Shown: positions 17,375 to 27,019 of the stretch, piece after piece | Position numbering within the stretch: the first letter of the stretch is position 1 | Layout: the number at the start of each line of letters is the position of its first letter | IMG/VR virus record: IMGVR_UViG_3300045988_148808 | Location: 1 to 48,242 of that record | DNA: 48,242 nucleotides | Reading direction: 5' to 3' (one strand) | DNA from: a virus | Notes under the pieces: generated by a model | Databases searched by the model: none | Told to the model about the DNA's origin: nothing | What the model saw: the letters and a program-made list of their open reading frames with translations, nothing else | Program-made: the position numbers and the translations under genes

Positions 17375-18403
17375 ATGGCACATATTCCATCAATACGTGA
17401 AGTCGAGCGATACGGCTTTCGCTTCCCTTATGCCAAAGGGTGGCTAACAAGGCAAAATGTCATGGCAATGGACGCGGCGCTCATTACAACGCCAAACACC
17501 ACAGTTCCGGCGGCCCTGCTGCAGTATATCTCTCCGGAGGTCATCCCGATTCTGACGGCCAAAAGAGCGTCGGCTGCGATACTGGACGAGAAAAAGGTCG
17601 GAGACTGGATAACGGCGATCTACCAGTTCCGCACCGAAGAATATACCGGGTCGACCGGTCCGTATTCCGATTATGGGGATGGCCCCTCCTCCGGTGTAAA
17701 CAACGAATGGAACAACCGCGAACAGTACATTTTCCAGACAACAATCACTTACGGTGATCTGGAAGTGGAAATGTCCGCACAGGCTAAAATCGATTTGATT
17801 GCAGGAAAACAGCGTGGTGCAGCCGAAATCATCCGAACGGATGCCAACAAATTCTATTTGCTTGGGGTAGCGGGTCGCAAGATTTACGGTCTGTTGAATG
17901 AACCGAATCTGCCTCCGGCCATTACCCCGAACAATGTGTCCGGGGCGATTACTTGGCCGGAAAAACTTTCCATCGAAAACGATCTGGGTACTCGTGCAGT
18001 CTATAACGATATTCTCAAACTGTTCGGCCAACTCGTATCACAGGCAGGAGGCCTGATCGACCAGAATACGGAGATGAAATTGCTGATTTCGCCTGCACGG
18101 TCGGTGCAGCTTGCGATGGCCACCAACTTCAATGTTTCGGCCAGCGAAATGATGCAGAAAAACTTCCCGCGTCTGGAAGTCGAAACAGTGCCGCAGCTCT
18201 CCAGTGAAACCGCAGGCGAAACCATGATCCTGATGGTCAAACAGTTCATGGGTAACGATACGGCAGATCTGGCGTTCGGCGAAAAAATGCGTCAAGGCAG
18301 ACTGGTCCCGGAAACTTCCAGCTTCCGGCAGAAGTTTTCCGCGTCGACCTATGGTGCGATCATGAAAATGCCGTTTGCTTATGCTGTCATGAGTGGTATT
18401 TGA
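17375..18403 (+). CDS. major capsid protein (DUF2184-like, HK97 fold inferred)
   Basis: 342 aa after scaffold/decoration, bracketed by strong terminators. Sequence pattern recalls DUF2184 capsid proteins. Confidence 0.75.
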   Translation: MAHIPSIREVERYGFRFPYAKGWLTRQNVMAMDAALITTPNTTVPAALLQYISPEVIPILTAKRASAAILDEKKVGDWITAIYQFRTEEYTGSTGPYSDYGDGPSSGVNNEWNNREQYIFQTTITYGDLEVEMSAQAKIDLIAGKQRGAAEIIRTDANKFYLLGVAGRKIYGLLNEPNLPPAITPNNVSGAITWPEKLSIENDLGTRAVYNDILKLFGQLVSQAGGLIDQNTEMKLLISPARSVQLAMATNFNVSASEMMQKNFPRLEVETVPQLSSETAGETMILMVKQFMGNDTADLAFGEKMRQGRLVPETSSFRQKFSASTYGAIMKMPFAYAVMSGI

Positions 18404-18426
18404 CGGCGAATTGATTCCTTCCTTTC

Positions 18427-18460
18427 CCCTCAAGCCCTTTTCGGGTCTTGAGGGTTTTTT
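18427..18460 (+). terminator. Rho-independent terminator
   Basis: CCCTCAAGCCC-ttttc-GGG(T)CTTGAGGG followed by T6. Confidence 0.8.
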
Positions 18461-18548
18461 ATGACTTGAGACCTCCCCATCAAGGGAGAGGCAATCTGCA
18501 CGGTCCCTATCCGTCGGTGTGGATTGAAACATTGGAGAAACACCAAAA

Positions 18549-18935
18549 ATGGCAAGAAAACCGGTAACGGCCAAAACGGCACAGTCTGTTGTAAAAACGG
18601 ATACAAAAGTTGTGGTTTGTCTCAATCTGGCGCATTCCCTTGTCTTCGATGTCGGGGACAAAAAGATAAAGATAAACGGGTCGAACGAAAATCTGCGTGG
18701 CGCCAACGAAGGCATTCTTTCGATCGGCAAGTTCGGCGAATCGATCATAGACCGTCAGGACTGGGAAGAAATCGTGCGGCAATACGGAAACATGACGATT
18801 TTCAAACGTGGCCTGATTTTTGCGCAGAACGATACTGCCAGTGCACGGGCGAAAGCGAAAGAACTGAAAGACACCCGGCACGGTCTGGAACCGGTTGATC
18901 CAAAAAGGACAACCACGAAAGAAGACAGCAAATGA
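18549..18935 (+). CDS. hypothetical head-associated protein
   Basis: ORF in the head-completion block; no motif recognised. Confidence 0.55.
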   Translation: MARKPVTAKTAQSVVKTDTKVVVCLNLAHSLVFDVGDKKIKINGSNENLRGANEGILSIGKFGESIIDRQDWEEIVRQYGNMTIFKRGLIFAQNDTASARAKAKELKDTRHGLEPVDPKRTTTKEDSK

Positions 18936-19345
18936 TTGTCGTCTTCAATGCGACAGAATTCCGGACGTTTTACCCGAAATTCACGGAGGAGCTGATATCG
19001 GATGAACAGCTGGACAATCTTTTCCAGCTGGCTTGTACTTTTATCGACAATACGGACAAATCGCGATTTCCGTATGATCCTAACCGCAACATCTATACAC
19101 GCAAACAAATGCTCTATTTGCTCGTGTGCCATCTCGCGACAATGGAATTATGGGGGGCTGGACAGTCCGGGCCGTTGACCAGTGCCACACAAGGGTCCGT
19201 CAGCGTCGGATTCCAGAGCATGGATATGTGGGGCCAACCATGGTTTTCGCAGACCCCGTGCGGCAGGACGCTCCTGCAGATGCTGATGCCCTATGCTCTG
19301 GGTGGACGGATTTTCACGAAACCGCACTTTCATCCGTATGGCTAA
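18932..19345 (+). CDS. head-tail connector protein (DUF4054-like)
   Basis: ATGA overlap with the upstream gene. ...FRTFYPKFTEELISDEQLDNLFQLA... recalls DUF4054. Confidence 0.55.
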   Translation: MIVVFNATEFRTFYPKFTEELISDEQLDNLFQLACTFIDNTDKSRFPYDPNRNIYTRKQMLYLLVCHLATMELWGAGQSGPLTSATQGSVSVGFQSMDMWGQPWFSQTPCGRTLLQMLMPYALGGRIFTKPHFHPYG

Positions 19346-19853
19346 AATCGACGATTTGATCAAAAGGATCAAGGCACTTGACGGTTATCAGATCAAGGCT
19401 GGCATCCTGAAAGGGGCGACCTATCCGGATACCGGGCAATCGGTTGCGCAGGTGGCGTTCTGGCAGGAATACGGCGTTCCGTCGCGGGGAATTCCTCCCA
19501 GGTCGTTTATCCGGAGTACGGAGGCGGCGAAACTGCCGGAGTGGCGTGCTTTACGTGACAAATATCTCGCTTTTTATCTGCGCGGCGATATTACGAAAGA
19601 AAATCTCACGACGATTGTAGGGGGACAGATGGCAGCCGATATCAAGGCGGCGATCAAGGCAGGCATTGATCCGCCCCTGTCCCCTGTTACAGTCATGACG
19701 CGATATCTGGTGAAGTCGAAAAACAGGCAAAGAACTTTTTCAACCGTGCAGGAAGCAAGGGAACGTATTGCGAAAGGCGAAACGCCACCGTCCGGTGATG
19801 ATACGTCCCTTTATGACACTCACGTTCTTTATAATGCGATTGACTACGAATGA
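19338..19853 (+). CDS. head-tail adaptor/completion protein (putative)
   Basis: Likely start MAKIDDLIKR. Called by position in the connector block. Confidence 0.5.
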   Translation: MAKIDDLIKRIKALDGYQIKAGILKGATYPDTGQSVAQVAFWQEYGVPSRGIPPRSFIRSTEAAKLPEWRALRDKYLAFYLRGDITKENLTTIVGGQMAADIKAAIKAGIDPPLSPVTVMTRYLVKSKNRQRTFSTVQEARERIAKGETPPSGDDTSLYDTHVLYNAIDYE

Positions 19854-20248
19854 TTGATGTCTTCACGATTTCAAATAACGCCATACAGGTTGTCAACGAG
19901 AACATCCCAGCCATATGGCGCCGGTCGAACGGTTATCTGATTGATGATGCCGGTATCCAGATTCCGCAGTACATCGATACAGCTATCAAGGTGCAATCCC
20001 AAGCGGTTTCAGGCGATACGCTGGCGTTTACCGAAGGTTTGGACATACAGGGTGTCATGCGCTCCGTCTATATGTACGGGAACGTGCAGGGCGTTGTTCG
20101 CTCTGACGAGCGCGGGGGGGACTTGCTCATGTTTCCCCAAATTCCGGGCAATCCCAATCAAACGTGGAAGGTTGTTACTGTCGTTGAGACATGGCCTGGC
20201 TGGGCGCATGTCATTGCCGTACTGCAAACCGACGAATCCGATCAGTAA
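19850..20248 (+). CDS. hypothetical virion protein (connector/tail completion block)
   Basis: ATGA overlap with the upstream gene; called by position. Confidence 0.5.
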   Translation: MIDVFTISNNAIQVVNENIPAIWRRSNGYLIDDAGIQIPQYIDTAIKVQSQAVSGDTLAFTEGLDIQGVMRSVYMYGNVQGVVRSDERGGDLLMFPQIPGNPNQTWKVVTVVETWPGWAHVIAVLQTDESDQ

Positions 20249-20251
20249 GAA

Positions 20252-20761
20252 ATGAAACCAGACATACAGGACAGTGCCGTTTTTATGGCGCTGCGGGCCT
20301 TTCTTTCCGAGTTGTTTCCGGATGTTGAAGTTATTCAGACGCAGCAGAATCGGGCTCCGCCACCGCGTGGAGCGTTCGTTGCCATGAGCAATGTGGGAAA
20401 GCGCCGGTTGTCGACCAATCTGAGGACATACACCGACACCGACGCGACCAAGACGCAAAACACCGTTATGCCGACCGAATACACGGTACAAGTGGATTTT
20501 TACGGCAAGGGGTCAGGAGAAAGAGTGCAGACATTCTGCACTCTTTTTTTTGATTACTACGGATGTGACGCGTTCCCGGAAAACGTCCGTCCACTCTACG
20601 TAACGGATCCGCAGCAGATTCCCCTTATTTCTGGCGAGAAACAATTCGTTGAACGCTGGAAAACAGAAGCAAAGATTCAGATCAACCCCGTTGTCAGCGT
20701 CCCGATGGATTTCTTCAGCGAACCGTCGCTGACGCTGATTCCGGTTCCTCTCAAGGAGTAA
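20252..20761 (+). CDS. putative neck/tail terminator protein
   Basis: Lies immediately before the sheath gene. Pattern resembles DUF3168-like terminators. Confidence 0.45.
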   Translation: MKPDIQDSAVFMALRAFLSELFPDVEVIQTQQNRAPPPRGAFVAMSNVGKRRLSTNLRTYTDTDATKTQNTVMPTEYTVQVDFYGKGSGERVQTFCTLFFDYYGCDAFPENVRPLYVTDPQQIPLISGEKQFVERWKTEAKIQINPVVSVPMDFFSEPSLTLIPVPLKE

Positions 20762-20764
20762 ACA

Positions 20765-22258
20765 ATGGCGTCATATATACCCATTGACCAAATCGTTACC
20801 ATCAATCCGGGAGTTATCGGTGCAGGCAGCAATCCTCTTGCGCTGAATGGTCTTTTTATCGGAGAAAACAACCTGATTCCATATGGACAGGTGATGGAAT
20901 TCAACAGCGCGGATGCCGTCTCCGACTGGTTCGGCTCGTCCGCCTATGAAACCAGACTGGCCAATGTCTATTTCAATGGTTTTACGAATTGTACGAAATA
21001 TCCCGGGGCGATATTTTTTGCACCTCGCATTACCGAAGCGCGTGCAGCATGGGCTCGCGGATCGTCCCTGAAAGGAATGACACTGGCGTCCCTGAAAGCA
21101 GTGACCGGCACCCTGTCCGTTACAGTGAATGGAACAGCCTATTCCACTGAACTGGTCAACCTGTCGACCTCGACCAGTTTTACCAATGCCGCCGAACTGT
21201 TGACCACGCAATTATCCATGAGCGAGGCCGCGACCGTTACATGGGACGCTACCAGCAATCGGTTCACCATCACTACCATATCGACTGGTACAGAAGCATC
21301 CATTTCGCAGGTTACCGGAACCGCTGCAGCAGGGCTCGGCCTGTCGACCGCAACATTGTCGCAAGGAGCACCGGTCAACACATTGACGGATATCCTCAAT
21401 TTCGCGAAAACCCAATCGCTGAACTGGGCATTATTCACGACGATTGAACAGTCCACTCAGGAAGAGGCGACGGAAATGGCGATATGGGCGAACAACCAGA
21501 ACAACGGCTGGGGTTTTGTCATGAGCGATAACGATCCGAATGCCGAAATGGCAAACAACGAGACCTGTTTCGGATTTCTGGCAAAACAGGCGGCCTATGA
21601 TTCCACGCTTAGCCTGTTTGACCCGAACGAGAACCCGACGTTCAAGGCGTTTGTAATGGGGTGCGCGGCATCCATAGACTGGAGTGCCACAGAAGGACGC
21701 ATCACTTTCGCGTTCAGACGGCAATCCGGACTGGCCACGACTTGTAATGATCAGCAGATTGCCGAAAACCTGCTGGGCAATGGTTACAGCTATTACGGAG
21801 CGTATGCGGGACGAGGGGAAGATAACACGTACAACATCATGTACGATGGCAACATGCCGGGAAACTATCCGTACTTCGATACGTTCATCAATCAGATTTA
21901 TCTGAACAATCAGTTGAAACTGGCCATATTCGATTTGCTGCTGGCGATGAATTCGATTCCCTACAATGATGAGGGCTATACGCGTATCCGGGCCTCTATA
22001 CTCGATCCGGTCAATGAAGCAGTGAATAACGGCACCATCAGAACGGGCGTACCGCTGTCGGAAAGCCAGAAAACACAAATTTCTGCCAGGGCCGGCAAAG
22101 ATATTTCCAATGAACTGTATAGCCAGGGGTGGTATCTCCAGATCAATGCGGCGACAGCGATTATCCGGGCGCGACGCGGTTCACCATCCATGAATTTCTT
22201 CTATTGCGACGGTGAAGCGATCCAACAGATCACGCTTCCATCTCTCGTCATTATCTAA
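20765..22258 (+). CDS. tail sheath protein (DUF3383-like)
   Basis: 497 aa followed by tube, chaperone and tape measure. The N-terminus MASYIPIDQIVTINPGVIGAG... recalls DUF3383 sheaths. Confidence 0.7.
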   Translation: MASYIPIDQIVTINPGVIGAGSNPLALNGLFIGENNLIPYGQVMEFNSADAVSDWFGSSAYETRLANVYFNGFTNCTKYPGAIFFAPRITEARAAWARGSSLKGMTLASLKAVTGTLSVTVNGTAYSTELVNLSTSTSFTNAAELLTTQLSMSEAATVTWDATSNRFTITTISTGTEASISQVTGTAAAGLGLSTATLSQGAPVNTLTDILNFAKTQSLNWALFTTIEQSTQEEATEMAIWANNQNNGWGFVMSDNDPNAEMANNETCFGFLAKQAAYDSTLSLFDPNENPTFKAFVMGCAASIDWSATEGRITFAFRRQSGLATTCNDQQIAENLLGNGYSYYGAYAGRGEDNTYNIMYDGNMPGNYPYFDTFINQIYLNNQLKLAIFDLLLAMNSIPYNDEGYTRIRASILDPVNEAVNNGTIRTGVPLSESQKTQISARAGKDISNELYSQGWYLQINAATAIIRARRGSPSMNFFYCDGEAIQQITLPSLVII

Positions 22259-22270
22259 GGAGCATTTGAC

Positions 22271-22708
22271 ATGGCAGATATAGATATCACATCAGCAAAC
22301 AGTACGCTGATCATTACCGTTTCGGCCCTGGCAATCGCTTCGGTGGCGATGGAAGGATACGCGGTTGATAACGCATGGGCGCTGGATGACGCGGAAACAG
22401 CGGTCGCGCAGGTCGGCGTGGATGCGAAGATGACGGCTGGATGGGTACCACGGCTCAATCCGCTGACACTTTCGTTCGCGCCGAATTCGCCGTCTGTGGC
22501 AACACTCTCGGCGATCATCACAGCCCAGGACGCAAACATGACAATTTATACGTTGCAGGGGGTCTTGTCATGTCCGTCCATCGGGAAATCATGGACGCTT
22601 TCCAATGGCGTTCTCACCCGGGGCAAGATGATCCCGGATGGAAGCCGGATCCTTGGGCCCCAATCTTTTCAGCTGACGTTTGAATCAGCGCGTCCTGCAG
22701 TACTTTAA
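22271..22708 (+). CDS. tail tube protein
   Basis: 145 aa between the sheath and chaperone genes. Confidence 0.65.
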   Translation: MADIDITSANSTLIITVSALAIASVAMEGYAVDNAWALDDAETAVAQVGVDAKMTAGWVPRLNPLTLSFAPNSPSVATLSAIITAQDANMTIYTLQGVLSCPSIGKSWTLSNGVLTRGKMIPDGSRILGPQSFQLTFESARPAVL

Positions 22709-22723
22709 GGCGGAGAAAACAAG

Positions 22724-23137
22724 ATGAGCAGAAAAGAAATCGACATTACCATCAACAAGGAAAACCGCGACAAGGGGAAACGGTTCCGGATAACGGAAAT
22801 GAGTGCATTCGACGCGGAAAGCTGGGCAATGCGCGCCATTTCCGGCATGGCTTGTGCCGGTGTGGATTTGCCAGGCGAAATTCTCCGTTCGCCTTCAGTA
22901 GAAGCGCTGGCGTCCATCGGGATCAGCGCGTTTCTGAAAATCGAGCGCCACGAACAGGAAGAACTGTCGCGACAATTACTGGATTGTGTCCGCCTCATTT
23001 ACGACATGAAAGGAAACACAAGAGACCTGTTGCCGTCGGATATCGAGGAACCGTCCACTTTGTTCACATTGCGCCTGAAAGCCCTCGAATTGCACTTGTC
23101 CTCTTTTTTCGCAGGCGGCGGCTCCATCTCCGCATAA
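22724..23137 (+). CDS. tail assembly chaperone (short, G-type product)
   Basis: Sits before the tape measure gene; a slippery site lies near its end. Confidence 0.7.
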   Translation: MSRKEIDITINKENRDKGKRFRITEMSAFDAESWAMRAISGMACAGVDLPGEILRSPSVEALASIGISAFLKIERHEQEELSRQLLDCVRLIYDMKGNTRDLLPSDIEEPSTLFTLRLKALELHLSSFFAGGGSISA

Positions 23138-23352
23138 GTCCGCAAGAGCACATTCCCGGACTGGCGAATTACGCCAATATTCCGGAAATCATAGGCTTGC
23201 TGGTCAGCAATCAGCTGGCCAGCTTGCGTGAACTTCAGACGGTCTATGGCGTACAGGACGCTTATGATCTTCTGGAAATTCTCATCGTCAACAGGTATAA
23301 CGAAAACCGGATAGCAAAATGGCAATCGCAGACGAACTCGTCGCCGTACTGA
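22724..23352 (+). CDS. tail assembly chaperone, -1 frameshift extension (G-T type product)
   Basis: The -1 frame after 23104-23110 stays open to 23352 and reads protein-like (...LANYANIPEIIGLLVSNQLASLRELQTVYGVQDAYDLLEILIV...). Confidence 0.6.
23104..23110 (+). promoter_or_regulatory. slippery heptamer T_TTT_TTC for -1 programmed frameshifting
   Basis: Zero-frame codons TCT TTT TTC; X_XXY_YYZ pattern 9 codons before the TAA. Confidence 0.6.
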
Positions 23353-25142
23353 AAGTCGATAACAGCCAGCTTCTCGAAGGGCTGAAAAAAGCGCAGGCGG
23401 GGTTACAGGACATCCAGAAAGCCATGAAAGAAGCGTCGGAAGATGAAAAACGTCTTGCTGATGCTCAGGAAAAAGCAAGGAAAGCGACTGCCGAAGCGAC
23501 CAAAGACACCCGAGCCGCATCGGAAGCCTTCAAAAAATTTTCCGGAAGTCTCTCAAGCGTCCGTTCGTCCTTCCTGTCGCTCCGAACGATCATGACAGGA
23601 TTTCTCGTCGGGACAGGGATTTCCCGTCTGACAGAATCCGTTACCAAAATATCTAATCTGTCCCAGATCACAGGGCAGAGCGTCGGCAGTATCCGGGCAT
23701 TGGGAAATGTCTTCGAACAGTTGGGGTATTCCGCAGGGGAAGCGAACGGAACGATCCAGAGCATATCGGATGCGCTGGCAAATGCAAACTACGGCGGGGC
23801 ATCGCCGGGGGCCTTGATACCCTTTCTTAACTTCGGTATCCAGACGAAGGACAAGGACGGCAATCCGAGAGATACAGCGGAAATGCTCATTGATCTCGGA
23901 GAGGCGGTACAGAAGAGTTCGAAAAACATCGCCGAAGCCCGAATGAAGTTGAAAGCGATGGGATTCGACAATGCTTCCATTGCTTTCATGACGGCGGATA
24001 ATCCGCGTGAAATGCTGGCGCAACAGAGAGCCAATGCCGAGGCTTACGAGCAACAGGCGGAAGCGGCAAGGAAGCTGAACGGGTTCATCAAAGAGCTTGA
24101 GCAGACATTCACAAGTCTTGGCGTACAGGCACTTCCGGTTGTCGAACCCATCGTAAAAGACGTTACAGACGGGCTCCAGAAACTGGTTGCTGTCGCCAAC
24201 AAACATCCGGAAGGTGCACAGATGGCGATCAAGGCGATAGGTGCTGTCGCATTGCTTGCCAAGGGGCCAGTCGGAGCATTGATCGTCGCACTGGAAGCAT
24301 TAAGAGAATGGTACCTCAAGGCAAAAGACTGGCTGGCAAACGGAAATGAAATACAGAAAAACGTTGTATCCGGGGAGTATGAAGGCAATACGGTTGATCC
24401 GTCGAATTACAACGTTGATCCGAAAAGCGAAAAAACCGGAGACTGGGGCACCGGATTCTACAAAACCACAAGCGGCTGGCTTGATTCTGGAATCAAGGCG
24501 TTCAAGGATGCGTGGGGGGAAGACCCCGTAGTGGGTGGAGTCCCGGGGAATAACGGGAAAAACAAGGCATCACAAGCCATTGATTTTTTTGTTTCCAAAG
24601 GCTACAGCGCCGATGAAGCCAAAGCAATTACCGCCAATTTGCAAGGGGAGAGCAGCTTCGACGAAAAAGCGGTCGGAGACGGAGGAAAAGCCTATGGACT
24701 GGCTCAATGGCATCCTGACCGGCAAGCGCAGTTCAGGAAATTGTTCAATAAGGATATCCGGGCAGCGACGTTTCAGGAACAGCTGGAGTTTGTCGACTGG
24801 GAATTGAGGAACACTCACCAGAAGGCATTGAGAGAAATGCGCAAGGCGAGGACGTTGGGTGACAAAACCGGCGCGATCACCCGGCATTACGAGATTCCGG
24901 CAGATATTACAGGAGCATCTGCCAAAAGAGCGCAAATTGCGATGGGGTACGGCAACTATCAGCCACAAATGGTGGCGATGGCAAACGCCCAGCCTTCCGT
25001 AGTCAACAACACGACAAACCAGACGACCAACAATACCCTGAACCTCACTGTAGCCGACGTAAAAGAAGCGAAAGAAATTGTCGGGCAGTATACGTCCGGA
25101 CAGAAAACAAACCGGCGTATGGCAAGCGGGACGACAGTTTAA
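23319..25142 (+). CDS. tape measure protein with a C-terminal tail-lysozyme-like domain
   Basis: 607 aa, helical N-terminal part. C-terminal ...ANLQGESSFDEKAVGDGGKAYGLAQWHPDR... recalls the phage tail lysozyme domain. Confidence 0.85.
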   Translation: MAIADELVAVLKVDNSQLLEGLKKAQAGLQDIQKAMKEASEDEKRLADAQEKARKATAEATKDTRAASEAFKKFSGSLSSVRSSFLSLRTIMTGFLVGTGISRLTESVTKISNLSQITGQSVGSIRALGNVFEQLGYSAGEANGTIQSISDALANANYGGASPGALIPFLNFGIQTKDKDGNPRDTAEMLIDLGEAVQKSSKNIAEARMKLKAMGFDNASIAFMTADNPREMLAQQRANAEAYEQQAEAARKLNGFIKELEQTFTSLGVQALPVVEPIVKDVTDGLQKLVAVANKHPEGAQMAIKAIGAVALLAKGPVGALIVALEALREWYLKAKDWLANGNEIQKNVVSGEYEGNTVDPSNYNVDPKSEKTGDWGTGFYKTTSGWLDSGIKAFKDAWGEDPVVGGVPGNNGKNKASQAIDFFVSKGYSADEAKAITANLQGESSFDEKAVGDGGKAYGLAQWHPDRQAQFRKLFNKDIRAATFQEQLEFVDWELRNTHQKALREMRKARTLGDKTGAITRHYEIPADITGASAKRAQIAMGYGNYQPQMVAMANAQPSVVNNTTNQTTNNTLNLTVADVKEAKEIVGQYTSGQKTNRRMASGTTV

Positions 25143-25145
25143 AAA

Positions 25146-26018
25146 ATGCAGACATTTGAAAAACGCAGTATCGATGTGTTGTTTTCCATCGTTTCAGGTT
25201 CACCGGATGGGCAGCCCAGACAGATATCCTTTTCGGGCTTGCGTGTTTCAGCACGTATCCGGTATGAGGCGGGTGCCTATAATATGGCGGATATCCAGAT
25301 ATACGGGCTGTCACAGGATTTCATGCGCCAGCTGATCACGATCCATGCATATGGATGGACAGGCAACAGCTTTGTCAACAACCGAATTGCGCTCCGCTAT
25401 ACGGATGAAACCAACGTCACGATCTTCGAGGGGGGGATTGTCAGTGCGCTGATTGATTACAATACCGCGCCGGAAGTCCCGTTTGCCATTCTGGCCTCGG
25501 CAACCTATAAAGAACAGATGGAAGTACCTGGGGGAATGTCTTTTCCGGGAACCGTGGCGGTTGAAACGATTCTTCAGAAAATTCTGGGAAAAAGTGCAGG
25601 GAAGACGCTTGAAAACAAGGGGGTGGATACAGTTCTGACAGATGAATCGGTCAACGGGTCGGTTATGGACATGATCGATCAGGTATGTCGTCATGCGAAC
25701 ATCGAATACTGGATGCAGAACAATACGCTCATTATCGCTCCGAAAGGGTCTACAGCTGAAAGTGCTGCCCCAATAGAACTGACCCCGGAAACAGGACTGG
25801 TTGGCTGGCCGGTACTGACGCAATACGGTTGCAACGCACGGGCCCTGTTTTCACCGGACTACGTTGCCATGAGAACCGTAAAACTTGCTTGTCCGGTACT
25901 TTTTGACGGCACACGGACTTTTTACATTGTCGGATTGACCCATGAAGTCGATTCCGAAGTGCCCGGCGGACGCTGGCATACGCGTCTGCGATTGCAGTTG
26001 AATACATCTAACGGTTAA
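25146..26018 (+). CDS. baseplate hub / tail late-control-like protein (putative)
   Basis: 290 aa directly after the tape measure gene; called by position. Confidence 0.5.
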   Translation: MQTFEKRSIDVLFSIVSGSPDGQPRQISFSGLRVSARIRYEAGAYNMADIQIYGLSQDFMRQLITIHAYGWTGNSFVNNRIALRYTDETNVTIFEGGIVSALIDYNTAPEVPFAILASATYKEQMEVPGGMSFPGTVAVETILQKILGKSAGKTLENKGVDTVLTDESVNGSVMDMIDQVCRHANIEYWMQNNTLIIAPKGSTAESAAPIELTPETGLVGWPVLTQYGCNARALFSPDYVAMRTVKLACPVLFDGTRTFYIVGLTHEVDSEVPGGRWHTRLRLQLNTSNG

Positions 26019-26023
26019 ACATC

Positions 26024-26710
26024 ATGGCAACAGGATTGAACGGTTTCCCGAGTGTATCGGGAATTTCGGTATCGAGCATTGCGACGGGTGCATTGGGACG
26101 TCTCGAAGCAGCTATCTGGGATTTGCTGTCCGTTTCGCCGAAGTGGGGAATTTACCTGGACAATACGGTAGCCATCGAAGTGGATTCGGTCTTGTCCGTT
26201 GAACACAGGGCCTTCGCACAGGTTCCGACTTATCGCCTCATGTCCGGCGCGTTCGCCAGCTACAACAAAATCAGCATGCCGTCAGGACATCGCATTGTGC
26301 TCGCTGTCGGTGGCGATCAAACAAGAAGAGAGTTTTTTGTCGCATGGCTGGAAACACAACGTGAAGCCGCGACAGTATTTGATGTGGTGACTCCCGAAAA
26401 AACATACAAAAGAGTCACGCTGACTGAGTACAGTGTGCGTCGCACGGCGGAAAGTGGCACAGCGTCCCGCATCATTGCAGAATGTACTTTTGAAGAAATA
26501 CGGGAAGCGCTCACTACGTACTATGTAGCGGGAGAAGATACCGCAGATACGACAAATGCCAGTGATGCAGCTGATACACCGACATCAGAGACAGGGTTTG
26601 TTCAGACCATTACCTATACGGCGAAAACAGCCATGGAGTCTGTGACGGCATACGTCAGCGGAGTTGTTGAAAATGTCAGCAATACCATCAGCAACATAAC
26701 AGGAAGTTAA
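26024..26710 (+). CDS. baseplate-associated protein (putative)
   Basis: Called by position in the baseplate block. Confidence 0.5.
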   Translation: MATGLNGFPSVSGISVSSIATGALGRLEAAIWDLLSVSPKWGIYLDNTVAIEVDSVLSVEHRAFAQVPTYRLMSGAFASYNKISMPSGHRIVLAVGGDQTRREFFVAWLETQREAATVFDVVTPEKTYKRVTLTEYSVRRTAESGTASRIIAECTFEEIREALTTYYVAGEDTADTTNASDAADTPTSETGFVQTITYTAKTAMESVTAYVSGVVENVSNTISNITGS

Positions 26711-27019
26711 ATGGCCGATGTACAGATACCGTTAAGACAAATACCGAATCAGTCCCTGGCATGTGTACTGTCCGGGCAATCATGTGTCATTACTATCCGG
26801 ATGCTGGGGGAGAATCTCTATTTGTCTCTTTCGAAAGATGGTGCTCCGATTTGCCAGAATGTCCTGCTGGTTGACCGATCTGCCATTGTGAGGGCCGCCT
26901 ATACCGGGTTTGTCGGTGATCTGATTGTTGTGGACAAAGCGGGGCAAGAGAACCCGCAATATGACAGATGGAATGACCGTTGGGTGCTGCTGTATAACGA
27001 GGAAGGATACGATTTATGA
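26711..27019 (+). CDS. small baseplate-block protein
   Basis: Called by position; ATGA overlap with the next gene. Confidence 0.45.
   Translation: MADVQIPLRQIPNQSLACVLSGQSCVITIRMLGENLYLSLSKDGAPICQNVLLVDRSAIVRAAYTGFVGDLIVVDKAGQENPQYDRWNDRWVLLYNEEGYDL

Noticed and set aside
17444-18031. Long minus-strand ORFs inside structural genes (17444..18031, 21431..22078, 23553..24206, 31311..31958)
   Set aside because: Each is fully embedded antisense in a well-supported capsid, sheath, tape-measure or fibre gene, and each has an Arg/Cys/His-rich odd composition.
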